From assembly GCA_963702435.1 (NCBI GenBank), contig CAVPCR010000004.1:192001-256000 (forward strand): a stretch of 64,000 bases of DNA, written 5' to 3'. Positions 21,501-29,615 of this stretch are shown piece after piece. The notes under the pieces are model-generated. The model was given only the letters and a program-made list of their open reading frames with translations. It was not told the origin of the DNA and made no database searches. The position numbers and the translations under genes are program-made. Within the stretch, counting starts at the first letter, position 1. Each line of letters begins with the position of its first letter. The DNA comes from Candidatus Eiseniibacteriota bacterium (GTDB taxonomy: Bacteria > Eisenbacteria > RBG-16-71-46 > CAVPCR01).

Positions 21501-23100
21501 CGTTGTAGCCGGTCACCACGAGGTCGAGGTCCCCGTCGTTGTCGTAGTCGCCCCAGGCCAGGCTGCCGCGATCGACCGCGGGCAACGTGCCACCGATGTC
21601 GGTGAATTGGACTGCCGTCGGGTTTACATTTGCGGGGGTGCCGCAGCTCGAACTGGCTTGCTGGTCGTCGGTCACAGTCAGAGAAACCGTGTACACGCCC
21701 GGGGCCGCGTAGGTGTGCGTCGGCGCCACGCCCGTGGCGGTGGCGCCATCCCCGAAGGTCCAGGCGTAGGAGACGATGGTGCCGTCGGGGTCGTAAGAGC
21801 CCGCGCCATCGAAGGCGATTGGGGCGCCGACGATGCCCGTGTACGGACCGCCCGCATCGCACACCGGCGGAGCATTCGCCGTGATCGGGACGGTGGTTGA
21901 GCACCCGTGGCATTGACCGCTGCGATCGACCACGATCAAATTGACCCAGAACGTCCCGGCGCGCGCGTAGATGTGCGAGACCTGGGAGCCGAAGTAGGTG
22001 CCGCCGTCACCGAACTCCCAGTAGTACCCGACCACGGCTCCGCCGGGGTCCGGATCGTAGGATCCAGAGCCATCGAACTCGACCGCCGCACCGACCGCGC
22101 CGAAATAGGGCCCGCCGGCATCACAGACCGGTGCCTGACCGCTGCACGGGTTGTCGAGGATCGTGCCACAGGTGGAGACTCCGGGTGGCGGCGGGCCGTT
22201 GATCCCGGCATTGCGCACCACCGCGAAGTCGACGCTGTGGTCTGCAGCAAGCCCGCACCAGCGCAAGCGTGTGGGCAGCCCGATGCCGATGCTCGTATCG
22301 AGCTTCGGCGGCCATCCTGCCAGCTCGATCGATGCCGGCTCCGCGTCGAGCACCTGGAAGACGACTATGCTGTGTATGGCGGGACCATCGGGGAAGGTAC
22401 GATCACCTGCTGGGCTAAGGGCGAGATAACTGTGGCTGGGATTGAAATCCAACATCGCCCCGCTCATTCCCATCGTCGGGCTTGGATCGTGTTCGAGGAT
22501 CTCGACGTTGCGGCTGGCGATCACTCCGATCTCGATCATTGCCGCTTGCGAGTAGCCAGCCACGACGACGTAGAGCGAATCCAACTCCCCGGGCTCGATT
22601 GACTTCTGCTGAACGATGTTGCTGGGGTCAGCCGAGAAGGACAGGGCGACCGTCCCCTCGCACTCATCGGGGAGCATGCCTGACCGAGTGCCCGGGCAGG
22701 CCGGACGCCACCTCCTCTGCTGGAAGATGATCAGGTCATTTACGAATACCTGACCATCGCCGTCGAGATCGGCGCTCAGGCCCGGGCCGGACATCGTCCA
22801 TTGGCGGCCAAACAGCCTGAAGTCCAGCGCATCCGAGTAGCAATCGTGATTGAGCTCTGCGGCGCCGGTGTTGACGTAGCCATCCCGGCCGCAGAACTCC
22901 GCATCTTCCCAGATCAGGTCATGACAGACGAACGGCAGGTCCTCTCCGGGCGCCGGGGCCGGCCATGGGACGCCCGGCTCCAGTTCGGCGGGGAACCAGC
23001 ATTCCGCTCGCGCCGGCGGCTCCGCTGTTGCGGTGGCGAGCCAGGCCGAGGAGACCACGCCGATAAGCAGGCAGATCCGGCGGGCGCGTGCTTCCATCAT
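18514..23100 (-). CDS. Giant secreted FG-GAP repeat protein with PKD, Fn3-like and C-terminal FlgD-Ig-like domains
   Basis: Signal peptide; two PKD domains (FDGSGSYDPD...WxFGDG); 14 WGDYDxDGDLD repeats; ends PNPF...VWDGRNEQG...GIYYLRL. Confidence 0.88.
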   Translation of the reverse strand: MMEARARRICLLIGVVSSAWLATATAEPPARAECWFPAELEPGVPWPAPAPGEDLPFVCHDLIWEDAEFCGRDGYVNTGAAELNHDCYSDALDFRLFGRQWTMSGPGLSADLDGDGQVFVNDLIIFQQRRWRPACPGTRSGMLPDECEGTVALSFSADPSNIVQQKSIEPGELDSLYVVVAGYSQAAMIEIGVIASRNVEILEHDPSPTMGMSGAMLDFNPSHSYLALSPAGDRTFPDGPAIHSIVVFQVLDAEPASIELAGWPPKLDTSIGIGLPTRLRWCGLAADHSVDFAVVRNAGINGPPPPGVSTCGTILDNPCSGQAPVCDAGGPYFGAVGAAVEFDGSGSYDPDPGGAVVGYYWEFGDGGTYFGSQVSHIYARAGTFWVNLIVVDRSGQCHGCSTTVPITANAPPVCDAGGPYTGIVGAPIAFDGAGSYDPDGTIVSYAWTFGDGATATGVAPTHTYAAPGVYTVSLTVTDDQQASSSCGTPANVNPTAVQFTDIGGTLPAVDRGSLAWGDYDNDGDLDLVVTGYNGSGGTCRLLRNDGGSFADSGASLPGVYGARAASVAWGDYDRDGDLDLLLAGYTNTHSVRLYRNDAGSFALVTTSLPGIDDGAAIWGDYDNDGDLDIAIAGHLGPASTGVARIYRNDAGTFVDIAAGLPGVFYAALAWGDYDNDGDLDLVLAGSTASERLTRLYRNDAGLFVDAGAGLPGLYVGSLAWGDYDADGDLDLLLTGSPGTGGMARVYRNDGGSFTDVGAGLLSLYYSAAAWGDYDNDGDLDIMMTGYDGAAGHTRIYRNGGGTFTDIAAELPGVYQAAAAWGDYDGDGDLDIALSGYDGALRLTRIFSSSGAEPNSPPAAPDGLSASLVDGQLTLSWTAATDPETPAPGLSYNLRIGTSPGGNQVIAAMADAGSGYRRVVQLGNAQQRTSWTVTLPPGLGRYYWSVQALDGAFAGSPFAAEVIFETPVTFTDIAAGLPGAWLSSLAWGDYDSDGDLDFVQSGHIGSAIISRVYRNLGGGTFTDIGAGLTGVLSGASAWGDYDNDGDLDLLLTGYPSPQSISKVYRNDAGAFIDIAAGLPGARDGAVAWGDYDNDGDLDFVLTGTRDQYEDFARVYRNDAGVFTDIAAGLPGVWMSAVAWGDYDGDGDLDLLLAGIANTTLARVYRNDAGTFTDIAAGLPGLRSCGATWGDYDNDGDLDLVLAGTEYSRVYRNDAGAFTDIAAGLPAVTYGSAGWGDYDNDGDLDLLLAGNASGGKIARVYRNDAGAFTDIAAGLPGVTGGAAAWGDYDNDGDLDLLLMGDTGAGYITRVYRSDGAPANSPPTAPGGLAAVPDGLTVTFDWSAATDAQTPASGLSYNLLIGTTPGGCQVMPAMADATTGYRRVVQLGNAQQRTSWTIELPAFGNYFWGVQAIDGAFAGSPFASSSLSVAGAEAVPETPRAYTLGANVPNPFHSTTTVRYELPVAGPVDLAVYDTAGRLIRTLRQEAVSAGRHEVVWDGRNEQGQAQATGIYYLRLEAGGFATSRTMLLLR

Positions 23101-23328
23101 CCACCTCCATGGTCGAGGATCCACGGCGGCGGGGGTCTCCGGGGACGCGAGCAGGTCGCCGGAGATGCAGCCATCCACCCGCCGCTACTAGAGAAGACGA
23201 TCGAGCGGAGGGAAGGACGGAAGGAAAATGAGGCAGGTGGAGCGGTGCGGGGCGACGCGGCCGCCGGCACCGGGGGTGCTGGGGGATGACCGAGGGGGTG
23301 CTGGGGGACGACCGGGGCGGAGCCGGCG

Positions 23329-23646
23329 TCAGCGCCCGCGGTTCCGCACCTCGTCCTTCTTCGCTTCACCGCGCTCGCGCAGCCGGCGGAGCTCGGGTGC
23401 CAGCTCGTCGCGGATCTTGATCGCCTCCTCCATGTTCCCGGCGGCGGCCGCGGCCTGGAGGCGGGACTTCATGAGGATCTCCTGCTCGGCGATCTTGGCC
23501 TGGGTCTCGCGGTCGATCGCCGCGAGCTCCGCCTTCTGCTCCGCGCTGAGCGCCGGACCGGTGTCTGCCTGGGCGAACCGCTCCATGGCCAGCTCGTAGG
23601 CGCTCTTCATCGGCTTCTCTTCGCCCTTCTTCTCGTCGCTCGGCAT
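23329..23646 (-). CDS. Small helical hypothetical protein
   Basis: MKSAYELAMER motif, coding-like composition, RBS GGAGG. Confidence 0.6.
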   Translation of the reverse strand: MPSDEKKGEEKPMKSAYELAMERFAQADTGPALSAEQKAELAAIDRETQAKIAEQEILMKSRLQAAAAAGNMEEAIKIRDELAPELRRLRERGEAKKDEVRNRGR

Positions 23647-23741
23647 GGGGCCGCCTCCTCTCCTCGCACCACGGCGGCGACCGGCGCCGCATCGAACACG
23701 CGATGCTACTATACGGCATCCCCACCATTCCGGGAGGACCG

Positions 23742-25427
23742 ATGCCCGAGCACCCGCGCTACGAGGCCGACCGCTTCTACCGTTACGACGAGCTCGTCCG
23801 GTTCCTGCGCGCCGTCCATCGCGCCCATCCCCGTCTCACCCGCCTGACCTCGATCGGACGGAGCTTCGAGGGACGCGACCTCCTGGTCATGGAGGTGACG
23901 GCGCGCGATCGCGGCAAGCCGGAGGAGAAGCCGGCCTACTGGATCGATGCCAACATCCACGCCGCAGAGCTCACGGGCTCGGCGACGGCGCTCTACACGA
24001 TCGACCACCTCACGCGCCGTTACGGCCGCGACCCCGAGATCACGACCCTCCTCGACACGCGCACCTTCTACATCCTGCCCCGCCTCTCGCCGGACGGCGC
24101 CGAGCACTGCCTCACGACGGGCGAGTACGTGCGCTCGAGCGTGCGCCCCTTTCCGTACGACGATATCCCCGAGGGACTCCGGCCGGCCGATCTCGACGGC
24201 GACGGCGAGATCGTGCAGATGCGCGTGCCCGATCCCCTCGGCGAGTGGGCGGTGTCGGACAAGGATCCGCGCCTCATGCGCTGGCGCCGTCCCGGCGAAA
24301 CGGCCGGGACTTTCTACCGCGTCCTCCGCGAGGGCGTCTTCGAGCGCTACGACGGGTTCCACCAGCCGGTGCCGGCGTCGCGCTACGGGCTCGACCTGAA
24401 CCGCAACTGGCCTTACAACTGGGCGCTGCCGCACCGCCAGGGCGGCGCGGGGCCGATGCCGCTCTCCGAGTCGGAGACCCGCGCGGTGGCGGAGTTCATC
24501 GTCGCCCATCCCAACATCACCGGCATCACCGCCTTCCACACCTTCTCCGGGGTCGTCATCCGGCCCTACTCCGACCGGCCCGACAAGGAGATGCCGCCGG
24601 CCGACAAGCTCGTCTTCGAGGCCATCGCCGGGCGCGGGACCAGGCTCTCCGGGTATCCGCTCATCTCCTGCTTCCACAAGTTCACGTACGACGAATCGAA
24701 GCCGATCGTCGGCGTGTTCGACGACTGGGCCTACGATCACCGCGGCGTGTTCTCCTACACGATCGAGCTGTGGAATCCGGCCAAGGCGGCCGGCGTCGAG
24801 GTGAAGGACTACATCGCGTTCCTGAAGGAGCTGCCCGAGAAGGACATGCTCAAGTTCCTCAAGTGGAACGACGCCAAGCTCGGCGGCGAGGGCTTCCGGG
24901 AGTGGACCCCGTTCGAGCATCCGCAGCTCGGCCGGGTCGAGATCGGCGGCTGGCGCTGGCTCCGCGTGTGGTCGAACCCGCCGGCGAAGATGCTCGCCGA
25001 GGTCTGTCGCGCCAACATGTACTTCACACTGGTGCACGCGGCTGCGTCGCCGTGTCTCCGCGTCGCCGAGTTCAAGGCGGAGGAACTGGCGCCGCGGCTC
25101 CGCAAGCTGACGCTCGTCCTCGAGAACACGGGCTTCCTGCCGACCAACGTCACCCAGATCGCTCTCGATCGCCGCCTCGTGCGGCCGGTGATCGTGGATC
25201 TCACCGTGCCGCGCGGCGCGGAGCTCCTGATCGGGAAGCAGCGCACCGAGATCGGGCACCTTGCCGGGACCGGCATCCTCGACGAGTGGGAAAGCTCGCG
25301 CTGGACCGACGGACTCTCGCGGCGGAACCGGGCGCGCGTCGAGTGGCTCGTCCGCGGAGCGGGGCCGCTCGCGGTCGAGGTGAAAAGCGAGCGCGCCGGG
25401 GTGCTGCGAGCGCGGGCGGCCCGCTGA
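23742..25427 (+). CDS. M14 family zinc carboxypeptidase
   Basis: GRSFEGR, HAAE, DLNRNW, FHTFSG, TIELW. Confidence 0.9.
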   Translation: MPEHPRYEADRFYRYDELVRFLRAVHRAHPRLTRLTSIGRSFEGRDLLVMEVTARDRGKPEEKPAYWIDANIHAAELTGSATALYTIDHLTRRYGRDPEITTLLDTRTFYILPRLSPDGAEHCLTTGEYVRSSVRPFPYDDIPEGLRPADLDGDGEIVQMRVPDPLGEWAVSDKDPRLMRWRRPGETAGTFYRVLREGVFERYDGFHQPVPASRYGLDLNRNWPYNWALPHRQGGAGPMPLSESETRAVAEFIVAHPNITGITAFHTFSGVVIRPYSDRPDKEMPPADKLVFEAIAGRGTRLSGYPLISCFHKFTYDESKPIVGVFDDWAYDHRGVFSYTIELWNPAKAAGVEVKDYIAFLKELPEKDMLKFLKWNDAKLGGEGFREWTPFEHPQLGRVEIGGWRWLRVWSNPPAKMLAEVCRANMYFTLVHAAASPCLRVAEFKAEELAPRLRKLTLVLENTGFLPTNVTQIALDRRLVRPVIVDLTVPRGAELLIGKQRTEIGHLAGTGILDEWESSRWTDGLSRRNRARVEWLVRGAGPLAVEVKSERAGVLRARAAR

Positions 25428-25455
25428 CTCCCCGGCTGACTCCCCCGCTGATTCC

Positions 25456-26751
25456 TCAGAACCTGGCCTTGATCGAGCCCCAGGTCGCGGGCGCGACCGC
25501 GGTGGTGCAGCCGGCCCCGAGGGCGCCGATCAGGTCGCACGGGGCTCCCGCGGGGTGGTTGCCCGGGAGACAGGGTGAGGTCGCGTCGAGGTGGAGGTCC
25601 GGCGTCCGGAGGTCGCAAAACCGCGGGTCCAGGGCGAAGTTCCCGTTCACCCCGAGCTGGCCGGCGATGCAGCCGACCCAGTCACCGCCGGTGTTGCCGA
25701 AGATGTCCGAGCAGGAAACGGTGGCGGTGCTCTGTTGCAGGCAACGGACCGCGATACCGTCGCCCAGGGCGATGATGGTCCGCTCGATGAGGATTTGCCC
25801 AGGCGGTCCGATGAAGTTGTTGACCTCGACCCCGGCGCCACTGAACGCGGCCTGGCTCAGGATCAGCGTCGAGCTGCGCAAGGTGACATCGGCGCTGGAG
25901 CTGTGGACGATGCTCGATCCGAAGTTCGAGAACATCAGGCAGCCGGTGATGACGGTGGTCGCGCCCAGGTGGCACGACACGGCAGCTCCGCCCAGGGTGT
26001 CGCCCGCGTTGCGGACGAAGGTGCAGTCGCTGATCGTGGCTGATCCGTACTGGCAGAAGATCCCCCCGCCGCCCTCGGCAAAGTTCCCGTCGAACGTGCA
26101 CCGGGAGATGGTCGCGGTAGAGCCGCCGAGGTAGATGCCGCCGCCGCCGGAGCCGCAGCAGGCGTCGTTGCGGACGAAGGTGCAGTCGGCTATGACCATG
26201 GACCCGTTGGAACAGGCGAGCCCGCCGCCGATCAAGGCGCTGTATTGGTTGCAGTTCTCGAGGAACGCGCAGCCGGTGAGCGTGGGCGACGAGGTGTCCA
26301 CGTACATCCCGCCGCCGTAGGAGGCGGTGCAGTGAGTGATCACGCAGTTCTGGATGGTGGGTGAGGAGCCGTTGATGCAGAGAATGCCACCGCCGCGGTC
26401 GCCCTCTTGCACGTTGCCGTTGATGATTGTGAAGCCGTCCACGACCGCGGCGCCCGTCTCGCCGTCGTCGAAGACGAAGCCGCGGCCGGAGCAGTTGATG
26501 ACGGTCGCCGCCGCGCCTCCGGTGCCGCGCAAGGTGACCGCCTTGCCGCCGAAGTCGAGGTTGCTGTTCTGCGGACCGCTGTAGGTGTTCGGGGCGACGA
26601 GGATGACATCGCCGGGAGCGGCCGCGGTCAAGGCGGCCTGGATGGTCTGGAAGTCGCCGGGGACGTTGATGGTCGCGGCGGCGCCTAGGCGGGAAAAAGC
26701 GGTCGCGGCCGCCACGACGACCGCGGCGGAGAGGAGCCGGGACAAGTGCAT
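25456..26751 (-). CDS. Secreted right-handed parallel beta-helix protein with TWGSIK tail
   Basis: Signal peptide, VPGDFQTIQAAL, GGG(I/M)..C.F..N repeats, DPRFC...SPCL, ends AVAPATWGSIKARF. Confidence 0.82.
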   Translation of the reverse strand: MHLSRLLSAAVVVAAATAFSRLGAAATINVPGDFQTIQAALTAAAPGDVILVAPNTYSGPQNSNLDFGGKAVTLRGTGGAAATVINCSGRGFVFDDGETGAAVVDGFTIINGNVQEGDRGGGILCINGSSPTIQNCVITHCTASYGGGMYVDTSSPTLTGCAFLENCNQYSALIGGGLACSNGSMVIADCTFVRNDACCGSGGGGIYLGGSTATISRCTFDGNFAEGGGGIFCQYGSATISDCTFVRNAGDTLGGAAVSCHLGATTVITGCLMFSNFGSSIVHSSSADVTLRSSTLILSQAAFSGAGVEVNNFIGPPGQILIERTIIALGDGIAVRCLQQSTATVSCSDIFGNTGGDWVGCIAGQLGVNGNFALDPRFCDLRTPDLHLDATSPCLPGNHPAGAPCDLIGALGAGCTTAVAPATWGSIKARF

Positions 26752-26872
26752 TGAAGCCTCCGGGGCATGTGCTTCGTTCGGAATCGCTGCATTCGGGATT
26801 GCATTGAGATTGTAGCAGACAACCGGGAGCGCGACCTGTCTCGTTCTCTGAATGCGGGAGGACCGTCCCGCG

Positions 26873-27247
26873 TCAGGCTGCGCGCACGCGGATGCGCCCG
26901 ACCCGGGCGACGACGCGGAGCAGCGTCGCATCATCGGTGATGCGGCCGACCGGATTCACCTCGCTCGCCGGCACCGGCCGATCGCCCGGGCTCGCCGGGG
27001 TCGGGCCGTAGAAGATGGCGAGCGCCTTGCCCTCCGGCCAGTAGGCAAGATCGCCGACCTGGACCTTGAGCGTGCGCGTCGCGTCGAGCGGCAGGTTGAC
27101 CGGGATCGGGAAGTAGTACTCGTCGCCCCAGGTCGAGAAGGCGGCTTCGAGGGGGAGCGCGGCGGCGATGGCCTGGGCCGTCGGCGCGTCGGAGAGCTCG
27201 GCCTTGAGCTTCAGGTTGCCGATCTCGAGCACGATGGGGGTGGGCAT
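26873..27247 (-). CDS. Cyclophilin-like fold protein (DUF369/TM1367-like)
   Basis: TWGDEYYF, GDLAYWPEGKALAIFYGPTP. Confidence 0.8.
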   Translation of the reverse strand: MPTPIVLEIGNLKLKAELSDAPTAQAIAAALPLEAAFSTWGDEYYFPIPVNLPLDATRTLKVQVGDLAYWPEGKALAIFYGPTPASPGDRPVPASEVNPVGRITDDATLLRVVARVGRIRVRAA

Positions 27248-27490
27248 GCGCGCATCGTAGCAAGAGGGGCGCGGCGGCGCCATGCGGCCGACCTCGGGAC
27301 GCCTGCAAGGCGCGCCCGCCGTGCAGATCGCCCGCCGGCGCGCGGTGGGCCGCCATGTCGCTGCCGGGGCGAAGGTTCACGGCGGGCAACAAGCCCTGCG
27401 CGGCGGTATGCCCCTTGCTTCTCCTGAACGCATCGGCTCGCACTCGGGGCGCGGACGGCAGGGATGGAGGGTGAGCCGGGGAGTGCCGCC

Positions 27491-27961
27491 ATGCGCTGGC
27501 GCCTCGTCGTCCTCGTGTTCACCGGCAGCCTCATGGCGTGCGCGCGCGGACCCGCATCCGATGCAGGGCGAGGTGCGTCATCCCGCGACTCGCTGGTCGC
27601 GGCGAGCGTCGGGTTCGGCGAGCTCGGTCCGGCCGGGGGCGGCGACGCGGCCGGGCGCGGCGAGGGGCCCGCCGGATTCGGCGCCGTGCGCGGAGAGATC
27701 GCTCCGGCGGGCGTCGAGGCCGTGATCCACGTGACCGCCGCCGGCGCCGACACGCACGCCACCGATCCCACGTTCTCCGATCCGCTCTCCGGCGCGTTCA
27801 CCGCCGAGGAACTGCCGCCCGCCGTCTACCGGGTCGAGATCGAGCCGCTCGATCCGGCCTACGCGCCGCGCGTCTTCGAGGACGTCGTCGTCCCTTACAA
27901 CGAGGTGCACGATCTCGGGACCGTCGACCTGAGCGGTGACCCTATCGCCACCCCGGACTAG
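27491..27961 (+). CDS. Lipoprotein with prealbumin-like/carboxypeptidase-regulatory fold
   Basis: Lipobox LMAC; GAF...LPPAVYRVEI...DLGTVDL. Confidence 0.55.
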   Translation: MRWRLVVLVFTGSLMACARGPASDAGRGASSRDSLVAASVGFGELGPAGGGDAAGRGEGPAGFGAVRGEIAPAGVEAVIHVTAAGADTHATDPTFSDPLSGAFTAEELPPAVYRVEIEPLDPAYAPRVFEDVVVPYNEVHDLGTVDLSGDPIATPD

Positions 27962-28152
27962 GCGAGCCCCCGCGCCGAGAGCACGGCGCGGATCGTGGGC
28001 CTCCTCATCATCGCGCTCAGTCCCCGCAACATCATCGCCTCGCTGCGCCAGGCAGCCCGTTGAGATTCGACGGGTCGCCGAGCGAGACAGCGCTGTACCC
28101 CCCCTGGAAGACGGCCGATAACCGGGAGATGGGAACGGCCCTGGAAGGGACG

Positions 28153-29577
28153 ATGGACCCGCTCGACCGGGGCGTGAGGGCCGGCCGACCCGGCGCAGCC
28201 GGGGAGGGTGCGCGCATCCGCCAGGCGATCCTCTCGCTCATCATCGCCGCCGCCGGCGTGCACGCCGCGGGCGTCGCCCTGCCCGGCCCGGCGAGCGCCG
28301 CCCTGCCCGGCCCGGCGAGCGCGGTAGCCGACGGCGGATCAACCGGCGCGGACGGCCCGACCGGCCGCGCGGTCCCGCGCATCGCCGCGATCGACGTCGA
28401 CGGTCTCGAGCACGTGCGACCCGAAGTGGTCACGCGCGAGCTCGGCGTGGCCGCCGGCGACCCGGCGAGCCGGATCGATCGTCACGCGATCACGTCCCGG
28501 CTCGAGAACCTCGGTCTCTTCAGCGCGATCGAGGTACGCACCGAGTTCTCCGATTCGACGGCGGTGACCCTCGCCGTCCGCGTGCGCGAGCGCCCGCGCC
28601 TCCTCCCGTATCCGATCGCGACTCTCTCCGAGAAGAGCGGGGTCACGGGCGGCGCCGCTCTCCTCTACTCGAATCCGACCGGCCGCGACGATCGGCTCGA
28701 GGCCGCGCTCTCGCTCGGCGGCGTGCGCGGCGCGCACCTCCGCTACGCGAACCCGTGGCTCGCCGGGAATCACCTGTCGGCCGGCATCTCCGCCAGCTTC
28801 TACCGCGAGGAGAACCGCTACGAGGGGTTCAGGGAGGAGACCATCGGGGTGGGAGCCACCGCCGGCTCCTATCTCACCGCGGATGGCGCGCTCCGCCTGA
28901 GCGGCGGGGCGAGCTACATGCAGCTTCGCGCCAGCGAGCCCGGCGAGACCATCTCGCCCGACAACCGGGACCGCATCCACGCAGTCACCGCGAGCCTCGC
29001 CCACGACACGCGCGATCTCTACCGGAACCCGCATCGCGGACACCGCCACGCGGCCGGGCTGACCGTCCACGGGTATGGTCTCGGCGGCACGGTGGATTAC
29101 ACGCAGCTCGTGCTCGACCTCCGCCACTTCCATCCGCTGGCGCGCGGACGTACTCTCGCGGTCGCAGCGCGGGGGGTCGCGCAGCCCGGGCTCGTGCCCG
29201 GCTACCGGCAGATCCGGCTCGGCGGCGCCAGCATGGTGCGCGGCGTTCCCGGCGAGGCGCGCGCCGGAGATCACGCGCTCGCCGCGAGCGTCGAGTGGAG
29301 GTTCGACGTGGCGGCGCCGCGCCGCATGGACCTCGGGCTCCCGATGCTGGATCGGATCGACGTCGGTCTCGCCGGCGCCGTGTTCGCCGATGCCGGAGCG
29401 GTCTACGGGCAGAGCGCCGCAGGCGTGCACGACCCGCTCACGTGGCCGGACGTCGCCGTGTCGGCGGGCGGGGGCTTTCGCCTCCTCGTGCCGTGGGTGG
29501 ATGTGCTGCGGCTCGATGTGGCGGTGACCGACGCGGGGACGGTGGGGGTCGAGCTGGCCCAGGGCATGAAGTTCTGA
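28153..29577 (+). CDS. BamA/TamA (Omp85) family outer membrane protein
   Basis: One POTRA (IDVDGL...RLENLGLF), LGGASMVRG, FADAG, terminal Phe; start uncertain. Confidence 0.8.
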   Translation: MDPLDRGVRAGRPGAAGEGARIRQAILSLIIAAAGVHAAGVALPGPASAALPGPASAVADGGSTGADGPTGRAVPRIAAIDVDGLEHVRPEVVTRELGVAAGDPASRIDRHAITSRLENLGLFSAIEVRTEFSDSTAVTLAVRVRERPRLLPYPIATLSEKSGVTGGAALLYSNPTGRDDRLEAALSLGGVRGAHLRYANPWLAGNHLSAGISASFYREENRYEGFREETIGVGATAGSYLTADGALRLSGGASYMQLRASEPGETISPDNRDRIHAVTASLAHDTRDLYRNPHRGHRHAAGLTVHGYGLGGTVDYTQLVLDLRHFHPLARGRTLAVAARGVAQPGLVPGYRQIRLGGASMVRGVPGEARAGDHALAASVEWRFDVAAPRRMDLGLPMLDRIDVGLAGAVFADAGAVYGQSAAGVHDPLTWPDVAVSAGGGFRLLVPWVDVLRLDVAVTDAGTVGVELAQGMKF

Positions 29578-29615
29578 TGGGTTTCTTTGCGGATCCCAGG
29601 ACGGCGGGGGGTGCC

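Noticed and set aside
18900..21600. Regular DNA repeats resembling a CRISPR array
   Set aside because: They are coding FG-GAP repeats in a continuous ORF; no cas genes.
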